Below the pieces are notes generated by a model. The model saw nothing but the letters and a program-made list of their open reading frames with translations, was not told the DNA's origin and searched no databases. Made by a program: the position numbers and the translations under genes. From positions 100,566,001-100,630,000 of the forward strand of contig NW_024704743.1 of NCBI RefSeq assembly GCF_018977255.1: DNA of 64,000 nt. Direction: 5' to 3'. Position 1 is the first letter of the stretch. Each line of letters opens with the position of its first letter. This DNA is from Callorhinchus milii (taxonomy: Eukaryota). Positions 25,780 to 38,834 of the stretch are shown piece after piece.

Positions 25780-26052
25780 CTGGCACCGCTCAACTGGCAC
25801 CAGACTCCTGCTCGTTCCTCGCACCCTCCGCCCTACCATCAGCCACTATGCCCCAAAACTCTGGAACACTCTCCCTCAATCCCTCCGCCTTGCCCCCTCT
25901 CTCCACTCTTTCAAGTCCCGCCTGATAATGTTCCTCTTCGACTGTGCTTTTGGCCACCTCCCCCCAGCTCGGAGTCAGGCTCCGCCACTGTTAAACACTC
26001 TGAGACGCTACTCTGCATGGAGGGTGCTATATAAGTGCAAGTTGTTGTTGTT
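25780..26052 (+). mobile_element. L2 3' fragment
   Basis: SHYAPKLWNTLPQSLRLAPSLHSFKSRL..FLF plus tail; same subfamily as 578-910. Confidence 0.88.
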
Positions 26053-26479
26053 GAATGTTTATTTTCAAATGATGACAAATGGGGCTGCAACTGCTGTGTT
26101 ATTTGGAAGAAAATGGATAAATGCTGATACACTTAACAAACAATATCAATGGAGTCGCATTATTCTTGTTTGTGATCATTATAAAATGCTTAGGCTGGAA
26201 ATGACAATAATGTAATTATTATGTCAGTTGACTGTTATTAATGTAAATGCATGCAGAACATAAAGTGCCTGACATTTGCAGAAACCCATCGCCGTGATTT
26301 TCTCACCAATGCCAGGAACCTGCTGTCTGAAACCTCAGAGTTTCCTCATCAGCTATTTAACAGACATCTGCTTTCTGCTTGGTCAGGAGGACCTGTCCAG
26401 GACAGCCTGTACCAGCCTGTACTAGACGTGCCTGCCACCTTAATGATCTCCAAGTTCAATGCAACATAACAAGCTTACT

Positions 26480-26750
26480 CAACACCAACTGCCCTCCAGC
26501 CTTCCCAATTCCAACCCCCAGCTTGAGTCCAAAACACTGACTGTCCAGTGCGTTGGGACATCCTCCCGACGGGAAAGGCACTATACAAATGTAATTTTGT
26601 AATTGTTGTTGTTTTACTTGAAAAGAAAAAAATTACAAAGATATGGGGAAAGAGCGGTGGAGTGGGACTGATTGTGTAGCTCTTCCAAAGAGCCAGGATA
26701 GGCACGATGGGCCGAATGGCCTCCTTCTGTGCTGTAATATTCTATGATTC
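26480..26750 (+). mobile_element. L2 tail followed by CR1 tail
   Basis: gggacatcctcccgacgggaaaggcactatacaaatgtaatttt then ggagtgggactgattg..gggccgaatggcctccttctgtgctgtaatattctatgattcta. Confidence 0.8.
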
Positions 26751-27219
26751 TACAGTAAATGCTGTTAAGTATTTTGAGATAGTCTCCTGATGTGAAAGGC
26801 GCTATATCAAATGCAAGGATTATGATAGTAAAGCTTGAGGGATAAAGTATTTAAACTGTGCAATCTGTTTGGATTATAGATTGGGCAAACTGGAAAGAAA
26901 TCTATCTGGTTACAGATAAATACATCCTGGCAAATCAAGCTTCTGATGCTAGTCAGGATTCTCTCGCAACTGGATTATCTACAACACATAAGTGATCCGA
27001 TAAACATCCAAATGTAAATTGCAATCTGTGCCATCTTTACTGTCTCTGAGCACTTCAGTAAGAGGAAATGAAACGGGCACCGAATAGCTGGTTGTTATTG
27101 TAGCATCACTTGAGAAGTAAAGGGTAAGGGAGAAGACTGATCTCATATACATCCAAGGATACAACACATGTTATCACATTAGAATGGGGAAAAAACAGCA
27201 GTATGTGATGTGATCATTA

Positions 27220-27445
27220 ACAATAATAGTAATCCTTGCATTTGATAGAGCGCCTTATAATGTTTTCGAGACGTCTCAAAGCGCTTCATAGATTACACTG
27301 TAAAATCAATTGGCTGTATATTTTGTGGGCAAAATGCGGCAGCCAATTGCGCACAGCAGTGTCCCAGAAAAAGTCGTGGAATGAGTGACCAAATTTTTTT
27401 TTTTTTCGGGTGGGGAGGGATTATTACCACACACACACACACACT
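27220..27445 (-). mobile_element. SINE 3' half followed by (AC)n
   Basis: aatccttgcatttgatagagcgcc..ggcagccaattgcgcacagcagtgtccc. Confidence 0.8.
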
Positions 27446-30400
27446 GACTTTGTTTGAATAGTTTCCGACAAAGGCTCCTGCCGCAGACATCGAGTTGGCC
27501 AATTTTTATAGTTGGAATAACCCAAACTTGCCCTAAAATTATAAGGCTTACATGGAGGCAAGATCAAAGATGCCACTGTCTCGCTCAACAACTTAAGGAA
27601 CCGGCTTTGGGAAAGTGAGACAGGAGAGATGGTGTCCCCTCATGAGAGACATTGACTGGAATAGTTTCTGGACCAGAATGTGATTATTATCACCAGTGAC
27701 ACACCCCATTGTGCAATGAATATCATCATCAGTGTGAACCCAGCTCCTCACCTCGGACTGGTTAAGTGGATTGCACAGCTAGGATAGGTAAAGGTGAAGT
27801 TGGCCATACATGCTGGGTAATTCGGTTTCCTCTGAAGAAAACCACTGTGTGTGGACACCATAACCAGTCGTCATGAGTGAGTTGGCGTTTAATGCATTTT
27901 ACTGTCACAAACGCAATAACTGAAGCAACTTTATTAATATCTGTAATCTTATTATGGATTTCACCAATCCCCTCCCCCTCTGGTGTATGTTGGTAGCACT
28001 CTCTGAGTAACAGAATCCCAAAGCAGCTTTCGTTTTCCACTGTTCATTTCTTTTCACTCAGATGATATTTACATTGCAAGGCTATAGATCTATTCCTATA
28101 CATTGGAATTGCTGTGAGACGCAGCTTGAAGTATTTTGTTTCAAATTAAAATCTTAGCAAGAATTCTTTGTTTCCTCTGGGCGGTGGAATGATGTGAATA
28201 GTAATGCAATGATACAAAGGTATAATGCAATTCCCCTATGCTGAGGAATGACTCACTAGTTTTCATTACTTTTGTTTTTTTTCAAACAGCGAGACAAATA
28301 ACTACTCAGCCATGTCCTTTTCCCTTTTTATATACGGTATCACTGATGTGCTCCAATAAAATTAAATGGGAGTAATTTTTTATATAGTGTGTACTATCAT
28401 ACTATGAGAATATTTCTATTTATAATCCTTTTCATGTTACAATCTCTTATTTCATTGCACTTCAACTGACAGCTTAAGTACTCGTTAAACCAGTAATTTG
28501 CAAGTCTGTCTAGGAATCCCAGTTTTTTAGCAGTCAAAAGTCCACTGGACAATTCTTCAGCGATCTTCATCAATTGGTGAAAGGAAAAACATCAAGCGTT
28601 CTCATTACCATATAGCTTAATCTGTGACCTTACAGATAGTGCAATCCATTATCAGGATTCGACCACTTCCGTTCTATTTGTTGGAAGCCCTTTACTTCAA
28701 GTACCTGCCTGTGAGTTGTGGTCCTATCTCCTGGCAGATAAGATATTATTATTATTATTATTGTGTGCCTGAATTCCCATCTGTACATTTGGAGCAATGT
28801 AGCAAGATGCAGAGAGCTCCTTCTATTACAGTGCCAGGGGTCGAGAACACAGGACTGCATTGTTTGGGCTCTGTCAATAGGCAACCACTGTAAATAACAT
28901 AATGGAGATCAAGAGCAACAGTGAGCTAACTAGATTTGACTGCAATGTTGTCAGGTTCTGAGTGAAACGTTTTAATGATTCTCGTGTTTTAAAACAAAGC
29001 ATATAGACTTGGCAAATAGGCTAATTTGGTGAGCCGAACTCTAGCTGTCAGGTCACCGCAGACCCTGCACAAATGTTACTAGACATAATTAGGCACAGTG
29101 TACACAATGTACAGAAAGAAGTTTCTGAGAGAATACAGGTTGTCCAAATCAGGTTTTGTGTTGAATTGGTTGGCCTGGTTAACAATCCTCAGATAAAATT
29201 GGTCATTGACTTCTGGTTGTTTGTGGAACATCGCTGTGTGCAAATTGACTTCCACATTCGCCTACAAAATACACAATAAATCCTGTGAAGCGCTTTATTG
29301 ACTTTTTTGACGATGTGATAAAGATTATTAACATCTCTCTCAGCTAACACCAGAGTGCAGCTTCTGTAAATTCTGCCTGAAATGTAAGCGTTGCTTTGTT
29401 TGTCTCCACTCCAATAGCTATGCGTGAGGGAAGAAGTGATGGGGGGCGAGGGAGGGGGTGATATTCAGTCACAGCATTGAAATAGTTGAAATAAGTGACC
29501 TTATCTCCATTAGCTGTCACATTATCCTGTCAAAAGTGAAAGGCCAGCAACTAATAAAACACTTTTGTCTGACACATGTGGAAATCCATCGCCATGCTTA
29601 AGAGTATCCAAACCAGACTGGAAGTTTTCCACATATTTGCATTTCACCCACAAAACACACAGTCACTACACTTCACAGTGTATCCTGTGAAGCACTTTGA
29701 GACATCTTAATGACATTATAAGGCACTATATTAAATGCAAGGATTATTATTATTATATGGATTCTACCTACACATGGAAATGTACCTGTGTCTGAAATGG
29801 AATGGGCACTCTAACCTAATACCACAGTGTTGCAGCAGGTTTATTTGTTGTTCAGTTCCTTTTAATGTTGAGCTCACAGAATGTTTTGAATTTGCGTTCA
29901 CGGATACTGAAACCAGGTGTTCACTCTACATCTCAGATAGATTATCTGCTGAGAAACATCTGGAAATACGGCTGCAAATGGAGCAGATTGGCCCCACAAT
30001 TCATCATCTTCTGCCTTCTCAGTCTACTGCCAATACGTCAGCTTTTTCTGTCTCTGCTGGAACAGATGATGAAGTAACAGAGCAGGAGTTATTTCAATCT
30101 TGTTGCACGACTCCATGCGAGGCCAAAAGACACCCCTGCTGCCAGCTCTGACTATCGAATTCCAAGAAAGCATTTCAAGCAATCACTTGCAATTGGCTAG
30201 TAGTTCTTGCTGTCATCAGCAATAATTGTGGAAAAGTGTACTTCTTAAACATTCTCTGCGGCTTGTCAGGCTAGTTTTGTCCCCTGTGGCTAGACAACAG
30301 TGTTATGCGGTTTCTGACAAGAGCAAGATTACTGTTTTCCTGAGAGCTGACATGTATTATAACCTTCAAATTCAAAACAATATTATTTTTAAACATTCAT

Positions 30401-30637
30401 TGGTTGTAAACATTAACTTCATCTTCCTCTTATTACTTTCTCCCTCTTTTACTTTCCGCCTTCCTGCAACCACAACTTTCTCTTCAGACAGGATGAGCCT
30501 CACATGCCTCCCTGCCTATTATTATATTATTGTTATATCATTCATTATTAATAATGCAGTGCCTTTCCCGTTGGGCTGACATGTCCAAGAGCTTTACAGG
30601 ATATACTATAAAGTGAACGCAGGAGCAAATAATCATG

Positions 30638-31010
30638 TGGAGTCCTGTAACTTAGTGGTTAGAGCACTCGCCTCGCAAACAAGAGGACCTGGGTTCGATT
30701 CCCAGCAGGGCGAAACTTGGACAAGTTTCCTTATTCTACATGCCTCTGTTTACCTAACAGTAGGTAGGAATCCATTTGTTAGTCAATAGACAGACTGCTT
30801 TTACGGGGGTGATAATCCCTTAAAAAAATAAGAAGAATTTGGTCATCAATCCACGTCTGTTTGTGGGACACTGCTGTGCACAATTGGCTGCCGCATTTTT
30901 CCCACAAAATATACAGTCAATTCACGTGACAGTATTTTTTGTGAAGTGCTTTGAGATGTTTTTGAAGACGCGAAAAGGCGCTATACCAAATGCAAGGATT
31001 TATTATTATT
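30638..31010 (+). mobile_element. tRNA-headed SINE, longer variant
   Basis: gtggagtcctgtaacttagtggttagagcactcgcctcgcaa..ctgggttcgattcccagcagggcg; B-box GGTTCGATTCC intact. Confidence 0.88.
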
Positions 31011-31904
31011 TGCTTATATTGGGATACAGTGGGTTGATGGGGAAATAGGTGGCCTAATGTACCATATCTTCAAGTGGCTGACGGCTGTGCCTTATGATTT
31101 GAATGCCGTAGCTGAGAGCAGGGGTGGCTTTGACATTGCATAGGATCACACAGAGAGAATGTGAACTCCTGTCTGTTATTTCATCACCTGTTCCAGTGGA
31201 CACAGAAAGGCTGAAATAATGCTCTGTGAGACAGGCCAATTTGCCTCCTCCACCCAACTAACAATACTTTGCTGTGAGATCTCTTGACTTCTTCTGCTGC
31301 CTCAGCTCATCCGTTGGGGACAGCAAGTTTGGATATCTATTGAGTTAATAGATATTAACCACCCCCCCACCTCTCCTCCCTTGATTGTGGTCCAACTCCA
31401 TCATTGTGAAGTGCTCTGAGGCTTTATCCTATAAGAAGTGCGCCACATAAATGCAAGTTGTTGTTGTTAATAACAATAATAATAAATCTTGCCTTTGATA
31501 TAGTGCCTTATCAGGTCTTTGAGACTTCTCAAAGCTTTAATACCGTAGCTGCTTTGCACCCTAATTTGGCTTCAAATTTCCTGATTTGAGGAAGAGAGAA
31601 CTTTTACTGCTCCTCGTCACAGCTAAACATCTGAAAGCATTTACAGTAATTCCTTTCAAGTGTGGTAAGGCTGGAAAGGTAATTCAGTGATCAAGGAGTT
31701 GAAGGAAATGGAGATAAAACAATATAATCCATCCATTTGATTTAGCGCCTATAATGTTGAGGTGTCTCAAAGTACTTAGCAAGTACTTGCTGTGAGCTCT
31801 AGCACCTGTGCATTTGTCGACCAATGCAGCAGCCATTTCGCACACAGGAAAGACTTACAAACAGCATGTTATCTCGAGGTTTGTTGGCTTTCTTCACTTA
31901 GTGA

Positions 31905-32043
31905 CATGGTTCTGATGAAAGGTCATCAACCTGAAACGTTAACTCACTTTCCTCTCTCCATAGATGCTGCCTGACCTGTTGAGTGCTCCCAGCAACTTCT
32001 GTTTTTATTTCAGATTTCCAGCATCTGTAGTATTTTGCCTTTT
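31905..32043 (+). mobile_element. Short Penelope-like repeat with hammerhead motif
   Basis: ggttctgatgaaaggtcatcaacctgaaacgttaactcactttcctctctccatagatgctgcctgacctg..cagatttccagcatctgtagtattttgc. Confidence 0.7.
31908..31944 (+). ncRNA. Minimal type I hammerhead ribozyme motif
   Basis: GGUU-CUGAUGA-A-AGGU(CAUCA)ACCU-GAAACGUU-AACU; core intact, stem I with one G-U pair. Confidence 0.72.
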
Positions 32044-33444
32044 GGGATATTTTGTATCCATTTGAATAGGCAAACAGGATATTGGTTAATATCTCATGTA
32101 AAGGATAGCACTACTGATAATAAAACAGGACCTCACTGAGGTGTCAGTCTGGAATTAGCCTGAGCTATGAGCTTCAGTCACAACATGGGGCTTGAACCCA
32201 TAGTGTTACCTGCTTAGGCAATGTACCAGAGGGGATAAAGTTTACCAGTATATTATACTGATTGCCAACATGTCTTCAAAGTCCATTTTTCATTGGGGCC
32301 TGCTTGGCTCAGTTATTATCACTCTCACCTCTCCAAGGTTGCAGGTTCAAGTTGAGAACCAGCGTCCTTTCCGCCTATTCAAATGAACATTAAAGATCCC
32401 ATTTCACTAAATGAAAAAGCCAACAATCCTCTAGAAAACTTATCTTTACAGTTTGCAGGACTGCTCTGTGAAAAATGGCTGCTGACAATAACAATCCTTA
32501 CATTTTGGATATCCTTACATTTGTATCTTGTGATGGGCTGAAGGACCAAACCAATTTCTCTACTGTTTTTCACATTAGGAGGACATATCAAAGTGCTTCA
32601 CAGGATTTACTGGAAAGTAGAGTGACTGTGCAATGTGTGTGGATGACAATGACAATCACCTTTCTTTAGTACACCAACAATCAAGTTGATTCTATACACA
32701 TTCCATTAGATCAGTGTGGCCAACCAACTTAATTTTTCTTCATTTGTGCTGTGCCATGTGTATTGTGACTTGATAGTTACTGCTGCAGCTCGCTATTCGG
32801 TAGGTAGGTACTGTTAGCATTGTAATGTTGTGGCCCATGGGCCATTTTTGGGCCATCAAGCCGTGGCCTGCTGAACACCTGCACCAGTTCAGGCAAGTCC
32901 ATGCCAAATCAATATCTTGTTTCCGGTAGCTTGAGTTCATAACCCAGGCCGAGCCCAAACTGACACCCCACTGAGGATCTGTTGTACTGTCAGAAGTGCT
33001 ATCTTTCAGAAGATCCAATGTAATGCTAGTTAGTCAACATCCGCACCAGTCCAGGCAAATTAATACCTTGTTTCCAGTACCTACCGACCCACAATACCAT
33101 TGGCACGGCCATAAATGAAGGAAAATTCAATAAAGAAAAATGTATTTGGTTGCCAACCAAATTAATTATTGAATTAACAGAATTATCCACCAACAGTACA
33201 AATATGTAATTTAAAGATAGGGGATTTGTTTCCATGACAGCTGGAATGATAAAGTGTGGAAAAGAGCAAAATGTAAAAATCAGGAAGAAAATTGCAAAAT
33301 GCCAATTTTTCACATTAAGTGGCAGAAGGACAGGGTAAGCTAAATGCAGCAACCATGTTTGCTATGTTTTTAAGAATAACATTTCCCATTATAAATATTT
33401 AACAGAAACTATTAATATTTCTGATGTTCAAACATATGATTGTG

Positions 33445-33800
33445 ACCTCTGTGACCTCCTAACTCCCTACCAACCCACCCACTCACTCCACTCAGCCAGC
33501 TCCGGCCTGCTCCACGTCCCCCGACCCACCCGCCCCACCATTGGTGGGAGAGCCTTCAGCCACTCTGCCCCCAACCTCTGGAACTCCATCCCCCAGTCAC
33601 TCCGCCTCGCCCCCTCCTTAGCCACTTTCAAGTCCCACCTCAAAACCCTCCTCTTCGACCATGTCATCGGTCACCCCCCTTCCCCTCCCCTCCTTCTCCC
33701 CCAACCCCAGCTCGGGTCTGAAAGGCTGTACGCTGTCCAGTGCCTTGGGACGTCCTCCCGATGTGAAAGGCGCTATACAAATGTAATCTTGTTGTTGTTG
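33445..33800 (+). mobile_element. L2 3' fragment
   Basis: ..ccattggtgggagagccttcagccactctgcccccaacctctggaactcc..gggacgtcctcccgatgtgaaaggcgctatacaaatgtaatcttgttgttg. Confidence 0.88.
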
Positions 33801-34280
33801 TGTCAGCCTGGCTCAGTTGGTAACACTCTCACCTCTAAGCAGAAGGTTTCAAGCCCCACATTGGATCTTTGAGCTCACATAGTTTGGAAAGTTGACACAC
33901 CACCGACGTCTAGAAGACGTGAAAAGTGCTATATCAAAATGCAAATATTATTATTATTATTATTACACCAGTGCAGTTCTGGGGGCATGCTGCATTATCA
34001 GAGGTGCTATCCTTTGAACGAGACGTTAAACCAAGTTCATGTCTGCCTGTTCAGGTGGGTGTAAAGATTCTATCACATTATTAAAGAAAAGGGAATTTTT
34101 GCTGATGCGCTGCTAACAAGTCCCCATATAAAATGGGTCAGTCACCTCATGACCTTTTATGGGGATGTTGCTGTGTGCAAATTGGCTGCTATATTTGCCT
34201 ACAAATACAGACACTACACCTTATAGTATATCCTGCGAAGCACTTTGAGACATCTTCCCAAAGTGAAAGGCGATATAATC
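33800..34280 (+). mobile_element. DeuSINE-type SINE containing a short inserted SINE tail (~33906-33965)
   Basis: gtgtcagcctggctcagttggtaacactctcacctct..gaacgagacgttaaacc..; internal gacgtctagaagacgtgaaaagtgctatatcaaaatgcaa(tta)n. Confidence 0.75.
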
Positions 34281-34598
34281 AATAATAATAATAATCCTTG
34301 CATTTGATATAGCGCTTTTCACGTCAGGAGGATGTCCCAAAGCGCTTCACAGAACACACTGTAAAGTGAATTGACTGTATATTTGTGGGCAAACGTGGCA
34401 GCCAATTGCGCACAGCAATGTCCCACAAACAGTCGTAGATTGAAAATGACCAATTTATTATTGTTTTTGGTTTTGGAGGGATTATTATTCGGCGTGTGGA
34501 GTAAGAAAACTTGCCCAAGGTTTCGCCCTGCCTGGAATTGAACTCAGGTCTCTCACTTGCAAAGCGAGTGCTCTAACCACTGAGCTACAGGACTCCAC
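34281..34598 (-). mobile_element. Young tRNA-Ala-headed SINE
   Basis: Near-identical to 11761-12080. Confidence 0.9.
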
Positions 34599-34955
34599 GG
34601 GTAAGGGGGGGAGTGGGGCTAGTTAGGCTAAGGGGGGGAGTGGGGCTAGTTAGGCTAAGGGGGGAGTGGGGCTAGTTTGAGGTAAGGGGGGGGATTGGAG
34701 GCTAGTTGGGGTAAGGGGGAGAGTGGGGGCTAGTTTGGGTAAGGTGGGGGAGTGGGGGCTAGTTGGGGTAAGGGGGGGAGTGGGGGCTAGTTGGGGTAAG
34801 GGGGGGGAGTGGGAGCTATTTGGGGTAAGTGGGGGAGTGGGGCTAGTTGGGGTAAGGGGTAGGAGTGGGGCTAGTTGGGGTAAGGGGGGGGAGTGTGGGC
34901 TAGTTGGGGTAAGGGGGGGGAGTGTGGGCTAGTTTGGGTAAGGGTGGGTGGGGCT
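34599..34955. repeat. G-rich minisatellite, ~28-29-bp unit, ~12 copies
   Basis: Unit approx. gggtaaggggggagtggggctagttg; followed by AT-rich (aat)-type low complexity to ~35070. Confidence 0.95.
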
Positions 34956-35924
34956 AATAATAATAAATCATAATAATAATAAATAATAATAATATTTATA
35001 AATCAATAATAAATATTTATAATAAATATTTATAAATAATAATAAATCAAGGTTGATTTATTATTATTACAATGAAGTCCACCACAGAGAGGACAGGTGT
35101 CACATAAATTTGGCTCCAAGTGGTTGCTTGAAGCACAAAAAGACACAGAGGAAATGTACTAAAGCACCTATAGGCCAGCCAGAATTTTCCCATGGCATTG
35201 CGCTTTGCTCCAGTACCCCTGAGTCAGCAAGTGAGAGTCAACTCTGCCCTTGAACTTCTGCATAGGTCCAGGCAATAACACTTGCCGCCTGGGGAAAGGT
35301 GCTCATATGCAGGAGCAAAGTGGTGTTTGACTCTTCACTACTACGGCTTTGCCAGCTGCTATGATAAATTACTAACACAGCAGCTAATGTTCCCTGCATT
35401 GTCTCTTCGACATTGGCTGTTTGCGTATAATTAAGTACAATTAAACCAGAATTTTCATAACCAAACGTTTAGCAGCTTCATTTCATTGTGCATTGAGATG
35501 CCTCATCTAAACAATCATTAGCAAAACAATTGTTGTGTTATCCAAAGAACGAGGTTTGTGTTGAAATAATTTTTCTTTTAGCAATTGACCATTAAGTGAG
35601 GATTTATCAAATTCTGTCACTGGATTCCATACACTGCTTATTCTCTCCACTCCTTCCCCCACCACCACACACCCTCCCAAGTGCATAATCTGTGAAATAC
35701 CAATCCTGGCCTGCATCAAGCCTCAGGAGAACCATAAGAAAGATGCAATTCAGTGGAAGCAGTTAGGCTTAACAGTGTGAGGGAGCGGAATTAATGTTAG
35801 TAGAGATATAATCATTAGCCTAGCTGTTTTTTCCCCTAACTGAGCCCAGAGGTTCTCAAGCCAAATGTAGCATCCTTATTCAGTTCTTAGCTGAGATCAG
35901 TTACCGCAGCACAGATTTGCTACA

Positions 35925-36150
35925 TAGGAACATAGGAATGTACAGGACTGGAGAAGACCAGTGATCTGGCTGGTCACATAGTAAAACAATAATCCTACAC
36001 TACTCTGCCACACATCTTTCAAACTATCTCTTCACCAAGTAACTATCTAATTCTCGCCTGAATCTGATAATATAATTCGCTTCTACCAACTCCCCGGGTA
36101 GCCTTACCTACAACACCACTTTCTCTGTTAAGTTATTAAATTTTAAACTG
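35925..36150 (-). mobile_element. Decayed CR1 3' end
   Basis: ataggaacataggaa terminal repeat and aactatctaattctcgcctgaat..ttcgcttctaccaac. Confidence 0.55.
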
Positions 36151-38834
36151 TCTGGTCTCCTTTCTTTCACTGCTCAGTGTCACCTTGTTTTGGATGTTTT
36201 GACTGTTTTATTCATATCATTATGGTTTATTCTGCATTGTTGGAGTTGCCAGCCTTTGGACCAGCCAACAGTTAACTAAGTTCCTCTCTAGGTGTGCGTT
36301 AAAGATCTCATAGCACTATTCAAAAAGAGAAGGGAGTTTGTCCCGGTGTCCTGGCCAATAATCCCCCGAATAATATTGGCAATTTCATTTCATAGCTGCC
36401 TACAAATAGTCACTACACTTTACAGTGAGATCTGTGAAACGCTTTGAGACATTCTAATGACATGATAAAGCGCTAAATCAAATGTAAGGATTAATATATT
36501 ACTTTTATACCCTTTAAATCTTGAATACTTCAGTGCAATCTTTACTTCAATGTGTGGGATTCATCACATCAAGATCTCAGTTTAACACTAGATAATGACT
36601 TTACCAACCAAGTCCAGTGGGGAGCCAATAATCTTACCTTTAAAACCATACTGATGGTGACGTTTGTCTTCAAAGTTAATTCCAACATCTCCTTATTGGC
36701 AGTCCGTGTGAAGAACCAGCCATGTGCAAAGCATGTGCTGGGTTGTTGACTTTTCATCAAAGAAAACATCTGATCTTATCGTTTTGGGAAAAGAGATCCA
36801 ATAATGATTCTGTACTAAATCCTTTAAAAGGACATCATCCCACTGGTGTGAAGACAAGGGCATTCTTTTGACAGGTGTTTATAAGATACTCAGTGATGCA
36901 CACAGGCATTGTAACAATGTGCCATCATTAAAGTGAATATATACATATTTTAATTTTACTAAAAAAAAGACTCAGTGAAATCAATCCTGGAATACTTTGC
37001 ACGACAGAAGGTACTCCAGCTAGACTTCAGCTGTAGGGCCGGAATTAATATGCATGTTTAAAAGATAGACAGGTTTTTTTCTGGTTGAAGTGTTGAGATA
37101 TGGACAAAAGAATTGGCGATTGGGATAAAATAATACAGTACAACTAGTGCAGATAAATAAAGTGGATTTAATTGGAAACTCATTGGGACTTGAGAAGATG
37201 TACAGTTTAGGCAATTATTCAATTCATACAGATCAGGCTTATACAAGTTTTACTGTAATCCATGCATTTGATAAAAGATTTGCTAAGATCTAATAAATTG
37301 ATGGAACAATCTCGATGGGATGAATGGCCTCCTCCAATTGCCCTATGTTTCCTGTTTCAGCAGACATTTTCTTAGCGGCCACACTGCTTGAGTCTGCTTA
37401 AGTGCAGCATGCAGTCGGAACAGGCTCATCCAGCAAAGAAGCCCATCTGCCAACTCGAGCTCTCGAACTCCCAAGAAGAGTGGCAGTGCCCTTTAAATGG
37501 CTTGACATCCACTGGCTGGATGACCTGTGAGCAAATGAGTTGATACAAGGTAGCCGAAGAAGCAGCTGGCTACAGCGGGACTATCCATCAGCAAATCACA
37601 CTCAATTCCCAAGAAGTTAGTGCACCATCAAGTCAATCACTGTCCAAGGGCAAAAGGTGAAATGACGACAGAATCACATATGGAGCGCATGAGATGAGGA
37701 AGTTCTCCTCCAATTTGTTTTCAAACACTTTTCCATTCTACTTTTCTATGACTACAGGTGCTCTTCGCTTGCATCAATGCACAGTCCAGTACCACAGCTG
37801 TATCCTGTCAGCCGAAGCAAACCAGATTGCTGCTCCATATTGCCACATTATAAGGGGTAAGAGGAAAGTTAAACTGACATTTTCCAATGCAATGGCCTTG
37901 GTTTACAGTCACTGTATTTAATAAGACTTTACTAAGTGAACAAATTGCATCAAGAACATTATTTAACAGCACAATATGAAGAAAATTGCATTTAAAATAG
38001 TCCTCATGCTATGTTAATCATTTTAGCAATAAGTTGAAAGTAGAAGAGACTTTCTCCTTATATCCTGGCCAACAATCCTCCAGATAAGTTGATCATTCAC
38101 TTGATAGTCATTTGTGGGCCATTGTTGTGTGCGAATTGGCAGCTATGTTTGCCTGCAAATACAATCCACTTGATAGCATTTGATCAGTGCTTTGAGATGT
38201 GCACCTCGCCAAAGGCCATTAATAGGATTTCCCATTATAATCAGGCATTGCCAAACATGATACATGATATTCATGATCAGAATTTTTATTTTATCATAAC
38301 TAATATAATAAGCATTCAGAACCTTTAGTATTGTTATCATAAGCCACAATGCCTCAAAACATGGAAGTCTCTAACTGAATCCCTCAGCCTTGCCCATCTT
38401 CAGATCACACCTGAAGACCTTCCTCTTCGACTATGTCTACGATCACCTCTCACCTCTCCTCAGCTCAGCGTCAAGCTCTGCCACTGTAACATACTCTGAG
38501 ATGCTACTTCATGTAAAGGGCTCTATATACATGCAAGTATTGTTGATAATAATACTTTATCATGTCAAAAGATCTCAAAATGCTTCACAGAGGTTTCTGC
38601 ACAGTACAGTTACTGTGTATTTGCTGACAAACACAGCAACCAATTTGCATACAGCAATGAGGTGCAAGATTAGTTTTTTATCATCTCATCTGAAAAATGC
38701 ACCTCCACAATGTGGCACTGCAGTACTACATTGTAGTATCAGCCTATACACTATGTGAGTTCAAAGCCCTAATGCTAATTTGAACCCACAACCTTCTGAC
38801 TCAGAGACGGGTTCTACCAACTGAGCCAGACATA

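Noticed and set aside
28455..28480. Partial antisense resemblance to miR-22
   Set aside because: Seed mismatch and no precursor hairpin
29735..30151. 138-aa ORF
   Set aside because: Starts inside a SINE tail; no recognisable domain or convincing splice context
34599..34955. CRISPR array or interstitial telomere
   Set aside because: Eukaryotic tandem repeat without unique spacers; no TTAGGG array
37360..37720. GC-richer stretch possibly from an old RTE-like LINE
   Set aside because: Motif resemblance too weak to call by eye
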